From contig CAJFCJ010000006.1 in NCBI GenBank assembly GCA_904063045.1, positions 1,315,647 through 1,379,646 on the forward strand: DNA of 64,000 nucleotides, in the 5' to 3' direction. Under the pieces are notes generated by a model. The model was given only the letters and a program-made list of their open reading frames with translations. It was not told the DNA's origin and made no database searches. This document shows positions 38,142 to 52,026 of the stretch, one piece after another. The position numbers were made by a program, and so were the translations under genes. The stretch comes from Dimorphilus gyrociliatus. Taxonomy: Eukaryota; Animalia; Annelida. How positions within the stretch are numbered: position 1 is the stretch's first letter; every line of letters starts with the position of its first letter.

Positions 38142-39632
38142 ATGTCTGTGAAACAACGATACCGCGGTGAAACATTAAATCTTCTGCGAAATGGTTTTGG
38201 TGTTTATCAATATGAAAATGAATTTTATAGATATGAAGGAGAATGGAAAGACGGTATGAAACATGGCCATGGAAAATTAATTATGAAGGATGGCAGCTTC
38301 TACGAAGGAGAATTTTCGAAAGGAGAAATAGAGGGTCACGGATGCCGGTTTTCGGCTTTGACTGGTAACAAATATAGTGGACAATTTCATCAGGGTGAAT
38401 TTCACGGTCACGGTACCATGTACTACGGTGATGGTAGTGTCTACGAAGGAGAATGGTCGTCAAATAAACGTCAAGGATATGGAATTTTTAAATGTAAAAA
38501 CAATGAAGTTTACGAAGGTTATTTGTATGATAATAAAAGACACGGAGAGGGTACGATGATTTATGAAAACGGTGATCGATACGATGGAGATTGGGTTGTT
38601 AATATGCGGCAGGGTCATGGGGAATTTCGCATGGCTGATGGGAGTAGTTATGATGGACAATTTATGAACGACGTGTTTAATGGTCACGGCTCTTTCAACC
38701 ACAGCTCGGGCATGATTTACGAAGGTTTGTGGATAAATGGCCTTCCGGCCGAAATGCCAACCAAACTTCGCTTTACCGAGGAATTAATTGAGGTTCAACA
38801 AGGTCGACTATTTAGCGCATCAGTTGAATGCATAAATGACAAGGGTAACGTCATTGAAGATCAAAATAGAGAAATTCACATAACAGCAGGATTTAGATTA
38901 GTTGAAGTTGAAGTTAAAAAAGGCAAAGGAAAAAAATCATCCACGCAGGAGAAGCCCTTATTCGATATGATTGAAGATTTTGAAGAAAAACCGATTGATA
39001 CTCCATTTGGATTTCGAATGATAAGTTATCCTCTTACAGATCAACTGCAAGAAGAAGATCCTGAATATTCTCGTCAAGGAACCGAACTATCAGAAGTTCG
39101 AGAAACAGAAGCAGTTGACGAGCAGACAACCGAACAGGAACAACCTGTAGAACCTCAGCCTCTTCCAGCTGACGAACAGAAACAGTCTGATAATTGCGAT
39201 CATGAGGGTTTTGTTGTACCTCAGGGTGTAAATAATAAGAGGACAGTAGAAGGAAAAGTATTTTTTTCGGATTTAAGCCTAGTCGCCGCCCCCCCAATGT
39301 ATAGACCTTTCACATACCTCGAAGAGGCCGATAAACAGAGAAATCGTTCAAGAGATCGAACTCCAGATAGTCTTAAAAAAGAGAAGAAAAAAGAGGATGA
39401 AACGGAAAGTATAACCAGTAGTAGGCCAAGTACGCGTAAAATATCTCGAGCATCTTTAAATCCATTGGATGATAAATTCGCAAAACCTGAAGAGTATATA
39501 TTAATGGCGGCTGATGTAACATCTCCATCGTTTTTCGGTACAAGATTAGAGCCCGCCTTTTGTAGAGTACGAGTCACTCCTGCGCCTAAGTTAAAAGCTA
39601 AGAGGAAACCGAAAGAAAGAGGTCCAAGGTAA
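38142..39632 (+). CDS. MORN1: MORN repeat-containing protein 1 (single exon)
   Basis: About seven N-terminal MORN repeats (YEGEWKDGMKHGHG etc.), an acidic linker and a C-terminal YILMAADVT..FFGTRLEPAF segment. Confidence 0.85.
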   Translation: MSVKQRYRGETLNLLRNGFGVYQYENEFYRYEGEWKDGMKHGHGKLIMKDGSFYEGEFSKGEIEGHGCRFSALTGNKYSGQFHQGEFHGHGTMYYGDGSVYEGEWSSNKRQGYGIFKCKNNEVYEGYLYDNKRHGEGTMIYENGDRYDGDWVVNMRQGHGEFRMADGSSYDGQFMNDVFNGHGSFNHSSGMIYEGLWINGLPAEMPTKLRFTEELIEVQQGRLFSASVECINDKGNVIEDQNREIHITAGFRLVEVEVKKGKGKKSSTQEKPLFDMIEDFEEKPIDTPFGFRMISYPLTDQLQEEDPEYSRQGTELSEVRETEAVDEQTTEQEQPVEPQPLPADEQKQSDNCDHEGFVVPQGVNNKRTVEGKVFFSDLSLVAAPPMYRPFTYLEEADKQRNRSRDRTPDSLKKEKKKEDETESITSSRPSTRKISRASLNPLDDKFAKPEEYILMAADVTSPSFFGTRLEPAFCRVRVTPAPKLKAKRKPKERGPR

Positions 39633-40601
39633 TTAATTTTAATTTGCTAATTTTACTTATTTCAATACTGATACTAGTTGTCTAGAATACTAACAGAAAT
39701 AATTAACACCAGAAAGTTTTTTTAGCACAATTGTTTAATCTTATCACGTGATCAGTTTGCTTTTTCCTCTTACACCAAAAAAATAACAGCGCCAACTCGG
39801 ATCGAGATGATTTGGATTCATAAAAAAATATTAATAATAGTATAGCTTTAAAAATAACGTGTGATTTGATAAAAGAATGGTGAGTGGGTAGATCCACCCT
39901 TCGCTTTACTAATAATATTTTTGTTATATTAAATGAAGGTGGGATACAAGTAAACACATTGCGGAAACAATGGCAAGGGGTTACGAAGCAAGTCAGAAAA
40001 ATCCTTCCAGGTAATCTATTTTCAAGTGCTTAATATGACAAACTTATTACACCATCTTCAATCCTCTGAATGTAATAAACATTTTAAAAGACTTATAAAC
40101 ATTTAAGTTGACTTATTTATAATCAAAAACGTATGATAGAGCATACGAGAGTTGTTTATTCTATTTGTAAATGAATCATTTGAAACCGTTCAATTTCTTT
40201 TCTTTTTTTAAAAAGGCCTGCTATTTCCTCTATATCATATACTAATATCCGTCGCTCTCATGACGACAATTATAGACAATTTAGTAGCAAACACCGTTTA
40301 GGAAAGTATGGTTAAGTTTTGAATCTGTTCTTAATCCAGATCATGTCCCAGTTTCGTGATTCAAAAATATAAGACTAAATAAGTTTATATTGAGGGTCCA
40401 GCCGACAATACACATGCACAAATAAGACGATCAGACCAAGCACACTGTGAAAGCGAGTCAAAACTATTAATTATCCAATTGTAATAAAAAGATTTTTAAT
40501 GTAGTTTAGCACAATAGTTAAAAATGGTGATTTGTTATATATAAAGGATCTATGAATAATTAAAAACACTGAAACGTAAGATTGGAGTTAAATAAATAGT
40601 T

Positions 40602-42459
40602 TCAATGTTTCTCATCTTGAACTTTTTCAGATCTTCCAAAAACCCTGAATGCATCTCCAAATGCACTGATAAAAAAAAAATTTATCATTCATTTGTTCAC
40701 ATTATAAATTTATTGTTATTTTTCACTTACGTCAAACAACAATTTCTTTCAGGCAAATTGGTTATTTCACCATCTACATTTATATATCCATCATATCCAA
40801 TTGCATCGTCATCCCATTCCATTTTCAGACTACGACAATTGAATGGCAAATAACAATCTTTGTCAAACTGTTTATGAATAGTTCGCTAGACGAAGTTATT
40901 TTTACATTATTCAGAAATATTCACCCTTGTTGGATTTCTTGTAATTAATTTGTAAACTCCTTTAAATTGTTCCCAAACTTTACAAGGCAAAACAAGGCAA
41001 ACGAATAGAGCATTTTGTAGACCTTGCTTTGTCGTATTCCCCCAACCCTCTCTCATATCATAGATAAAAATCTCAACATTTCGAACGGTTTTCGGAAATT
41101 CTTTCCATTCTGTAGGTCCATCTCTGAAAAATGCAAAAGAAATATAATCTAATAATTCAAACATATGTATGTAGCAGAAATATAAATTACAAACATTCTG
41201 TTATCAGTAGTGTAAACTTCTGCCGAAGTGGTAACCATAAAATCTTTATTTTGAGCCATTGATGAGAACACTGTAACAAAAGACATTAAAAATTATGTAA
41301 ATGAAAAAGATATTATAATTGAAACTACTAACTTCCGTAAACATATCTTAAAGGCCCCATCCATCTATTGGTTTCTGAGCGTTTTATGGCAAGCGAAAAT
41401 ACTCCATATCCACCGCAAAGAAAACCGTAACGCATAAACTTTGAGCCACTGTGAACTGTGAAAGCTTTTGAAGGAATACTAATTCCTTTCACAATATGCA
41501 GTGCAGCAGTTACAGGATCTAGACAGCCGTGGCTTGAATTCGCAAGACCATTTCCAGTTCCTATTAAAAAGTAGCTGACTAATATATAGGCTATCATTTC
41601 GTTTAATTGAATTATTACCACATGGCAATATTCCCAAAGTCACATTTGGCGATGGTGGCCTTATGCCCGGTGTATTTAAATCTAAATTGGCATCTTTCAT
41701 TCCTTTTTCCAGTAAACCATTTATCAGCTCTGCAAAACTTCCATCACCTCCGGCTACTATGATTCTGTATATGCATATATATATAAATTAATCAGTAAAA
41801 TATAGCTCATGCAAATAGTTTACCCATCAAAGTCGTCTACATTCAATGTCTGAACATGTTCCTTTAAATGACCTTTTCTTTCGGTTTCGAGTATAGTAAC
41901 TTTTATATTCAAAAGTTCGAAAACTGGTAAAACATCTTTTTTTACCATAGATTTTGCTTTCTTCCATCCTGACATAGGATTGACATAAAGTTGCAAATGC
42001 TTGAGCTTCTTTCCTGTTCGAATGCATAGTAATATAAAAGGACAAGTAAAAATATGAATTACCAGGCCAATTCGAATCAATAACGTATTGAATTTCAGTT
42101 TTTAACCGATTTTGTTCTTCACTTGATCCCGTAAATATAACAAATTTTCCAATTTTCCAAACTGGATCTTTCTCTTTCTTGATGTAATATAAAATAAGTT
42201 TATCGGAACCACTACATTCAATGGTCAAAAGATCTTCACCATTTCCAGAGCTATCGTTTCGAAAAGTTTTAAAAATAATTAAATTATAAGGTATTATCAT
42301 CAATAAAAAAGACAATTATGGCGTAATTAAAGTAGTTGAAACAATCGTAAAAGTAATTTACAATAGTTTTCCTTTATTATCCTTCAAATTTGATAAGACA
42401 GTAGTTGAATTTGAAGATTTGGTCAATTCCAAATCTTTTTTCGAATCCTGTTGCGCCAT
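40602..42459 (-). CDS. Ceramide kinase/CERKL-like sphingolipid kinase (DAGK catalytic family)
   Basis: Multi-exon. YVNPMSGWKKA, IIVAGGDGSFAELINGL, LGILPCGTGNGLA, AALHIVKG, RWMGPLRY, INVDGEI, and a last exon AFRVFGRS..H-stop at 40604-40602. The first exon junction is less certain. Confidence 0.8.
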
Positions 42460-43096
42460 TTTGTTTTGATTGTCCCAGCTTCAAGCTGGTTTACGAAAAT
42501 GTCTTAGCCAGGGTTTATAATATAAAATTTAGTAACGTTTAAAAATGATATTTAAATTATTTTTTCTGGCTCTATTGCATGCTTTTTTTTTACTTGACTA
42601 CGAAAATATTTTCTCTATCATTTCCGGTTCATCATTTCCTGCCGGTAAGCAACTTTCGTTGATTTATGGTATATTTTCAAATTATTTCTGAATTTATGGT
42701 ATGTCTTCTGTTTATTACAACTGGCATTATATTTTTAAATTAACAAACAAATTTCAGAGTAAATTTGAGTTTTTTTGCTGTTCTTTTTTATGTTTTATCT
42801 TAATAGTCTGTAACCTCATAGTGCCATTTGACAGACATGTGTTAGCAACAGCTTGTAGAAAGTTACCTAATACCCATGAATAAAAAAGAATATTTAATCT
42901 TTTTCATGTGTATTTGTACAGCTGATATGATGAGAAGAAAATTTCACAATAATCCGATTTAATAAATAACTTTCATTATTTTTTATTCCTGCTAAGCATC
43001 CTTATAAATTTCTTGTTTGTTATATTTTTTATATTTGTTTTTTGAATTAAATGCTTTCAACTTTCAATAATTTACTTATTTCAGACATACTAAAAT

Positions 43097-44560
43097 ATGG
43101 ATCCAAAAAAGCATCTAATTTTTTCAATTATCAAATTTTTCGAAAGTGAAAAGAACAGTGGACTATTAAACGAGGAACAGCTAGAAACTTTGGAAGGTAT
43201 TATTTATCTTCAACTCTATGTAAAGTTCCCTAATGCCTTTTTGGAAAATTCATAAATATAGTTACGACTCAATGTATGGAACAAGTATTCGACGTAAGAG
43301 GATCTGATCCTTATCCACCCATGAGAAATCTTTTAGAAGTATTTGAAGAAAATTTTAAAAATGGAAACGTAAGATGAAAACAATACAGTGTTTTTATTTT
43401 ACTGAATTTCCCTTTCTAATAGATTATTAAAGAAGTTAAACCAAATATAGTTAATAAGGAAGAAGCTGAAAAATATAAGACTACTGGTAACTAATCTTTT
43501 ATCATTTACTTTAGCTAAAAATGATAAGTCTTTCAATTTTAGGTAATGACTTCATGAGAACGGAAAAATATCAGGAAGCAATAGATAGTTATACAAAAGC
43601 TATTTCTTTCGATTCGACAAACCCAGTTTACTATTCGAATAGGGCGGCCGCTTATAGCAAGGCCAACTTACATGAACAGGCTATAAGTGATTGTGACAAA
43701 GCCCTAATAATTGATTCAAGTTATAGTAAAGCCTACGGCCGAAAAGGGTTAATTTATTTTTGAAAAGGGAAATGCACAAAGATAATTGTTAATTTATTAT
43801 TTTAGACTGGCATTGTCTTCTTTAAATAAATTCAAAGAAGCAGTTGAAAATTACAAGAAAGCTCTAGAATTAGATCCTCAGAATGAAAGCTACAAACAAA
43901 ATTTGGTAATTGCAGAAACTAAAGCTAAAGAATCAGATCCAGGAGCCTCCGGAATGAATTTTGCAAATATATTAAGTAATCCGGCGATTATGAATATGGC
44001 TTCACAATTCATGCAGAACAGCGAAGTGCAAAATTTGTAAGTTACATTTTCGATATACATTGTATGTATATATTGATGGTTTACTAATAAAATCTTGATA
44101 TTTAATCGTAGAATGCAGGGTGTGATGCATGAGCAAGATACTGATCAGAATTTATCATTTGAAAGACTGCTAAATGTGTAAGTTGATAAGCTTTTAATTT
44201 TTTGATATTTTTATTATAAATTAATATAATATTTTTATAATTCAAGTGGACAGCAAATGGCTCGACAAATTCAAGAGACTAACCCCGAATTGATAAGTGA
44301 ATTAAGAGGCAGAATGCAGAGTAAGTGTTCACTTTTTTCCATCTCGAATATTTTTTAAAACATTCTAATATGATGATTAGATAAAGAAAATGATAGCTCC
44401 AGTGTCTAAGTTTGATTTAGTTTAAAAGCTATTGTTGATAAAAAAAATTAATAAGTCATTAGGATTCAGTATTTTTTAATTTCATTTATTTATTATATTT
44501 TTTTATCTTTTTTCACAATTAGACTCTGACCCAGAAGAAAAAGAACCTAAGACTGAATAA
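43097..44560 (+). CDS. SGTA: Small glutamine-rich TPR co-chaperone
   Basis: N-terminal dimerisation motif KKHLIFSIIKFF..ETLE|VTTQCMEQVFDV, three TPRs (GNDFMR..AIDSY..YYSNRAAAY..YSKAYGRKG|LA..EAVENYKKALELDP) and a C-terminal NPAIMNMASQFMQN..QQIQETNPEL-like region. Confidence 0.92.
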
Positions 44561-44965
44561 GCTATCTAAGTTAAAAGAACTTACTAACTTTTCAAAGAAG
44601 ATAATTAATAATAGTTAAAGTTGCAAAAAACAAAATATTTTTTTCTTTTTTTGAAAAATAATGATACTATTTTATAATAATAAGTTATATGCTCTACTTC
44701 GCTTGTCATTACTGTTGTGCATAGTTGGAACAATAATTGTGCCCAAATTTTATTTTTCAACAATTAAACTGGTTCATTAAATATTTAAACATCTTTGAGG
44801 TTTTCTTATTCAAAATTTATTTTGCTTAAATTATTTTTTAAATCTTGTCCTTTAGACTGGACGGATTAGACGATCACCGATTTTTTTGTAAATAAACTTA
44901 CAGATATTATGATAAATAATGCCAATATACCCCGTACAATTTTTTTTTCTTTAGAAGTGAGAAAT

Positions 44966-47900
44966 CTATCTTCTGGGAGTTCTCTTTTTATTAGGTCGAC
45001 TTTGCGACTCTTTACCTACAAATGATAACGTTTTTTTCCTTTTAATATTTTACAACTTTTATCTATTAATACTTTTTACCTTGCTGAAGTCTTCGAGCAT
45101 TATTTTTGCAACCATTTTCACCCATTAAATGACTCTTCCATCCGTTTTCCCCTCCGACAACAATCTGATGACAAAGGGGACAAACTTCTTCGCCATCTTT
45201 TGCCTATTATAATTCAATTAGTAGATTTTAATAAAAAACTAAATGACTTACTTGAAGACATGCTTTAGCGGCCAGATGTCCCTCTAGTTCTTCTTTATTA
45301 ATACTCTCTCCACATCTAGGACATTTGGCTGTTACTTTTTTACCTTCTCCGCATTCGTTTATTAAGTGATCATTGAACGAGGAAATCTCTACAACTTGCT
45401 TACAAAACGAGCACCTCTTTAGCATTGGACAACTCTTCCAATAGTGAACATTCATTTTAGCATCATCTATGAAGTCCTCGTCCATTTCCCCACAAAAGAT
45501 ACAAGCCTTATCATTTTCCTTTTCTTTCTCCTCTTTATCATCGGACTTCTTATTCTCTTTTCCGGCTACGTGTTTCTTAGGTTGAGGTTGCCTTAAAGCG
45601 GATTCCTAGTAAGATTTTTCAGAATAAAAGCATTAGATAATTGATAAATTAAATCACAACTGAAAGATAAGTAAATAAAATATTTTCGAGAAATAAACAT
45701 TATGAAAGACAAAAAAAAAGGAAGAGAAACACACTCCGAAATCATGCAAAAAAAAGGAGACACTTTCCAATGAGATGCTATAAAATATTCTATCATTAAA
45801 ACAAAAGACGGTTTACGTAAATATCTATTTATATTATCTATTTCTTTAATGGGTAAACAAAGAAAACTATAGGTTTTTACTACTACGACTGCACTTCACA
45901 ACAAAACGATCCTCACTTTACTTTTTTTCTGCTTGACCGGAAGTGAAGTATTTTTCTTGTTTTCATTCTTTTATGTGCAAGGAAAAAGTAAACACAACAA
46001 ACCGTGTGATATTTCTTGTTAATAATAATCCTACGAAAAAGATATATATTCAAGTTATACCTGAGCTGCATTTAATTCCTTAATTTCATCTAATTGTTTC
46101 TGTAAGGCAGCTACTTCTTCCTTTTTAGCTCTTTTCTTATCTGCTTCCAATTTCTTTAGCTCAGCTTTTGATGGTTTACCTTCTATTTTATCAAAAGTTT
46201 CAAAGAGCTGCCTATATAATACATTCCTTCTCGTCTTGTCATCATCAGGTGGAAGGTAAGTCCTTACAGCTTCTTTATGATTTTCATATAATTTAACAAT
46301 CGTCTTTTCAGCTTGCAATCTTACATTTCCAGCCGTATGTTGTAATGCCGAATTTTCAAATCCCATCACTGAACCTAAATCCATACCTGATGATGGAACT
46401 CCTAGATCATCCACTAAACTATCGACAATTTCGGTACGCGACAAAGCCAACCTAGTGGCTACTCCAGTTTTAAGCGGTTTTAGGCATTCATTTGGAACGA
46501 CGTTTAAAGGTTGTATATTCGGCAGTCGAGCACTTTCCAAAGTAAACATTTTAGACATATCTCTCAGTCTCTGAGAAGATTCTCCAGTTCTTAGAAGGAT
46601 AATTGGTATAAGTCTATCGGCCGCATACTGAGTTTCTGATTTTACTCCAACTTTGTCAGATAAAGTTGTGAATATAGCTCTGCACAATTCAATTGCAGCC
46701 TTGTAAACACTATAAACGGTTTCTCGAAGGAGTTTTTTACTCAAAAGAACAGCAGCTCTCATCGAATTTCGAGCATCTGAAGGAGAAGAGAGTTCACGGA
46801 TTATTTCCTCTATTGCCGACTCTCTAAGGCTAAAGTTTTTAGAGTAACATTTAGCAACGAGTGTCTCTCCAAAAACGTCAATAGCTAATGAAGCTTCTCT
46901 AGCGTCTTTTTCAGACAAAGGTTCCACTTCATTACTTAACGGTGCATCCAAGGCCTCATCCTCTCGAGGTGTTTCCTCTTGTTGTTGAGCCTTAGCAATG
47001 GCGGGAAGCGGTCTATCGTCATAAGGTGTTAAACCTGGTAGAGGTGATTTGGCGGTGTCCGGTGGTAATTGAGGAGGTGCAGGAGAGTTTGGTAATTCAG
47101 CCAAACGAGGTGGAGGAGCAGGAGGGGGAGGCTCAGCAGAAGAGATATCTCTTATTGGTTCATCATCAATTCTTAATAATTGATGGAGCTATTAAAAATG
47201 GTACATAATTCAATTACTATTTAATATTCTATTAATTCTATTGATTGTAATTGTTACCTGTAACTCTCCGTAAATATTATTTCTATACTCGTCCATTTGT
47301 GCTTTCTTTTGAGCTGCTTTTTCATAATCTTCGCATTCAACAGCTGCCCTTTTCTCAACTTGATATTTTCCTAACTTTTCCCCAACTTTCTGCAATTCCG
47401 CTATCACATTCTTTAACTTATTCGCCGGTTCGTATCTTTCGTCTAAAGAGATGGAAGCAGGTAAAAGTATTATAAAACAATAATAATATAGATATGTATT
47501 ATATTTTATCGTACTAAGTACAGCAGCTTGTTTTTTCACTTCTAATTTTCTTATTATCTGTGCTATTTCGGGATCTTGATACATATCGAAAGCCAAATCT
47601 TCCAATGGAGATATATAATCTGGTCTGTTATATACACCAGCGGCGGCAGGATCTACAGATGCTCTTGGATCGTTGAAATTCTATATAAACATATATATAA
47701 TATAAAATATTTATCTCTACTCTGATAAGCCTATATGTAGAAAACTTAAGTTTTATTCTTACTAACCGGCTCCAATGGGTCATCGATTTTACTTCCAATG
47801 ATGTTTAACGCTATCAAACCAACCTGGATCACTTAAATATTAGAAAGAGATATACAAAGGAATTCAATTTATCACCTGATTGTATAGATTGAATTTGTTA

Positions 47901-48602
47901 ATATAATTCTTGTGAATAACAAACTTAACAAACACACCGGTTGCATCGACATGAACAGATTTCAATTCTCTAGCCTTATAATTGGTTTTCTCGTTGTCCG
48001 AAAGTGTTACATAACTGTTAATGCGTTGAAAATTTACTATTGCGCAATAGATATTTAAATTTTCAAAAGAATAAATAATACCCTAATCTGGTATATCTGG
48101 CATGTTGTAGGTTGTTAGATAATCCATCTGGAACGTCTCCAACGTAGATTTCAATTTTGGAAGCTAAAGATTGAATGAATAAAGAACAGAGTGATTCATT
48201 GAATAAATAGAAAAGGGTGAACGCAAAAAGGATTAACTGTATCGAACCTATCATATGTTGATGAGATAATATTTGCACTTTTCGAAGGCGACTCTTTTGC
48301 TCTAGTTGAATAACGATGTCTTGGGGATATAAACAAAACCTGTAATTAATAAAAAAAGAAATGATATTACAGCTGAAATTTTTATCAATTAAGTAAATTC
48401 TCAACACTATGCATTATATTAGAGTAATAAATTATAGCTATAAATAATAAAACTTGAATTAATAAGATATAAAGAGGTCGTAGAACCTGGAAGATAACCA
48501 TCCTTGAGTTGTAGGCCTGTGATCATTCAATTCGGTGACTCTGAAGTTTTCGTCCTGTCCGGACGCGTGTGCCACTTGAAAAGTTAATTTTGAAGGAGGC
48601 AT
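44966..48602 (-). CDS. CEP104: Centrosomal protein 104
   Basis: MPPSKLTFQVAHASGQDENF..GWLSSR|FCLYPQDIVIQL jelly-roll domain, UVR-like coiled coils (KKQAAV..E.YE.A), a TOG-like helical domain and C-terminal Zn fingers (CIFC..HYWKSCPMLKRC..C..HL..EC, CPRC, CPLCH). Confidence 0.93.
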
Positions 48603-49094
48603 ATTATTTTAAATATGGATGGAGAATCTTCATTCTTCTTCCCTATTTTCGCCTATTAACGTCCCGTCTGAACAAGTCCAAATTATGTTATGTTTGTAGT
48701 AGAAGTTAGTCTCTACCTTCTCTTGTGAATATTCCAATTGCTTAAGTTCCGTAAAGAATAAAGAAGTTATTTTACTTGAAGTTCAAATTGAAAGAAAATC
48801 TTTTCTCTCACTCTCAATTATCTACTAAAACAACCTGACGACCATTCCACTGGACTTCTGAGCTATTCGATCGAATCGTTTCTGCTCACGTAAATGACTT
48901 TAAGCAGGGATAAAAAGTACTTTAACTGCAAATTTTTGTTATTTCTGCCTTACTAACGATTTTTTTGTTCTAAATCTTTGATTTGGTACACTTTATGTAC
49001 AGTTCAATAAATAAAAACCATCCATATCTTCTTAACGATAATAAATCGATTTACTGAAATCGATAAGCCTTTATTCGCTGCTATCCTGCATATC

Positions 49095-49109
49095 GTCGTC
49101 AATGACAAC
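49095..49109. promoter_or_regulatory. RFX X-box-like palindrome in the CEP104/SPATA48 divergent promoter
   Basis: GTCGTCAATGACAAC, an imperfect palindrome lying between two head-to-head ciliary genes. Confidence 0.5.
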
Positions 49110-49227
49110 GGTAAAGGGAAAACTTTACCGTTTGAAAGTTTGATTTCTGCTCTTTAGAGAGAAATAGCTCGTTTTCCTATAATTTTCGTTTTAAATTGCT
49201 AGTGAAAATTGGAGAATTTAAATAAAT

Positions 49228-50536
49228 ATGGCGGAAGTTGTATCAGTTCGTCAAACTCTTTCGGATTCTATATTCAAAACTCGTCCCGTAACCCATACTT
49301 TCTATAGAAGTGATAATAATACAGGAGGAACATCAATAACGCAACTTGAGGAAAAAAGACGTCAAAATCAAATGAGAATGCCTCTAGTTAGGGGACGATC
49401 GGATGTGGAATCATTTAGTAGGACTGCTACTCCTGAACAATTTAAAAGGCATTATGATGAAGGTGATAATCGGCCTCCAGCACCCTATAGGTCTTTCGAA
49501 AATTTTGTTGATCCCGTGTCTGGTTTCTTATCCGCTGGTGGTGATGCCGATAGAAACACTGGTCATAATAGAATTTCTTTAATGGTCCATTTAAATGATA
49601 AGCCAAATGCTCAAGATATCCGTCAAATTAACTCCATTAGGGTAGGTAAACCAGCAGCTCCTCCGGATACTCTAAGAGAAACTGTAAAAGATCCTGGTGC
49701 TCCATATCTTTGGAATTCACGTGGCATGCTTGACGTTTCGATTAGAAATGGCTTAGGTGGATGGACAAGTAAAAAAGATCCAAAGGAGGACGAAAAGCGT
49801 GCTAAGACAGCCGAAGAATCGATGAGAGATAAATTAGCATTAAGATACCGATATACTTCATCAACTCAAAGATCTTATGAACATGTGCCTTGGGACGAAA
49901 TGCTTTCCCTTAAAAAATGGAAACCAACGCATACGCTTGAATCAGCAGCAGACCCTATACGCCAAAGTGCCCCAAAAAATCGTTACGAATCTACAGCTAA
50001 CGAGTGGCAAAGACAAGATTTACGACCTTGGGACTCTTACCAAACTAGAAAAGGCTATTATAAGCAGAACGGACCGATACCTGGCGTCGTTTTGTAAGTC
50101 AAACCATTAAGACTAATATAAAGTGATTTACGGTGATTTAATAACAATTTTATATTTTAGCTGTAGCCAAAATCCCAGAGCTACACAAATACCCGGATAT
50201 AGTGGTTCTATCGGAGGAGAAAATCTTGAAGAAATTGATAATAAAGAAGAGAGATTCAGACCATTCACTATTAAAAGAGTTCCTATCCCCCGTCCATCTG
50301 AAACTGCTCATAGGCCTAACATTCCCGGCTACGCCGGTTGTACTCTCTACAGACCGCATTCAATGCCTGCTCATGCAACAACAGGAGACGATAAAACTAC
50401 TGCTAGAACTCATCGCCCTCTACCTTTACAACCTCGGAATCCAGAGTTTAAAAGGGATGGTGAAATGTCGAAGGCGATTACTCTAGTTCAACCGAACAAC
50501 CCTTTCAATCTTATTAAAAGACAGGAGCCTGCCTAG
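49228..50536 (+). CDS. SPMIP7: Sperm microtubule inner protein 7 / SPATA48 (C7orf72) homologue
   Basis: Exons 49228-50093 and 50161-50536. GLGGWTS, YTSSTQRSYEHVPWD..TLESAADPI, IPGYSG and PNIPGYAG match SPATA48 motifs as recalled. Confidence 0.75.
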
Positions 50537-50678
50537 AAGAAACAGTTTTATTTTGCAGTATTAGCACTTTTCTCTGATTCATTAATTTTGTTTTTGATAG
50601 TTTACAAATCATCAATGTATTTTTAAAAACACTTTCAAAATGTCCGCTTTAATAATTTTGATCCCTTTATTTTCAAGG

Positions 50679-52026
50679 TTAAACCATCAATTTGTTAAGT
50701 AACTTCAATGCGTGATATTTTGTCATACAGAATGGTTCATTTAATAACATTTCTTCAGTTAAATGCATTAGTAGGGAACCATCTATATTCTCTTCGTGAA
50801 ATTTATTCACATATTTCTGTAAATTTAACTCTCGAAGAACGTTTAGAACTGTCTCGTTTGTCCATTCACTAATAGCTTCTACCTTCTCATCTTTATCGAA
50901 TATTTCACAAACTCTTCCGAATTCGCTATTCAAAGTACTGTTATACGTTAATTCCGATAAATTTCCACATTTCGTATAATTAACTGTAAACTTTTTACAG
51001 TCATAACTATGCTTCCATTCCTCTAGGACTCCGTTTATTGGCTGAGCAAGGTTTCTCCATTTTACTGGCGGAACGTTTTTTCCTATTTCCTTTACCTTGA
51101 AACTTGTATTTATATTTGAATATAAAGGTTTTAAGGACGATAAAAGCATTAATGTTAATTCATCAGTTGGATTAATGATTTCAAATCTATGGTGAACTTC
51201 CTCTACAGGAATAGACAAACAATAAGGATTATTGACCATTGTGGCAATTACATAATCGTTTTCGATTATACAATCGATTATTAGATTCTTCCAATCAGAT
51301 TTCTCTTCGTCAAAATGACGAACCCTTTTCGGAAAGTTTTCATCTTCAAGTAGTTCAGAAATTTGGAGTAAGCGTTCAGAAGGCATTGCGCTAAATTTAG
51401 CAAGGCAGTCATTCTCATTTAGTCTTATTGTCTGGGCATTAGTGTTCAAACAAACTAGAATTTGCTATAGCGAAAAGAGAAGAAAGAGAGAACAAAAAGG
51501 AAATGGTAAACTTGTTTGATTAAAGAACATATCTAAATATCGAACCTCTTCATTATTCAATTCTATGCGGCTTATTTCTAAAACTTCTCCAACATAGACG
51601 CTTGTATCGACCGTTTTGCCAATATGAGGCTGAATACACCTAATCAACTTTGGCATGGGCTCATTCACCATTATTTCGGCTACATTATTAAATTCGACGT
51701 CGTCCAAACGAGCGTCTAAACAATAGAATAATTAAAAATTGACCACAGATACAATGCATTGTTTTTTTTTTTAAATAAATTATAGTGCTTTATTAACCTG
51801 AGGGTAGTAGTTCAACTTCTTCTGAACAGTTGAAAGAAATATAAAACTGTTCGTTGAAATCACCTAATACCTTCGCTCTTCTCTCTCTTTTCAGACAGTG
51901 AAGTACAAACAGGGAACCTTCTTCAATAAACTCTTGTTCACCCTCTCCTAATGATCTGTCATATATTGTACTTATTTTACAGACAACAGGTAATTGTTTC
52001 TTGGCCACTATTCGGCGCAGCTCCAT
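50679..52026 (-). CDS. CABIT + SAM domain protein (GAREM/THEMIS-like), 394 aa
   Basis: Exons 52026-51798, 51715-51546 and 51464-50679. LPVVCKI..FVLH..VGEVL..ILVC..KFS gives a CABIT pattern. The C-terminal SAM domain reads WTNETVLNVLRELNLQKYVNKFHEENIDGSLLMHL. Confidence 0.72.

Noticed and set aside
40311-40339. Third exon for the micro-ORF through a GT..CAG intron
   Set aside because: The intron would be 29 nt, well below the sizes seen in this window.
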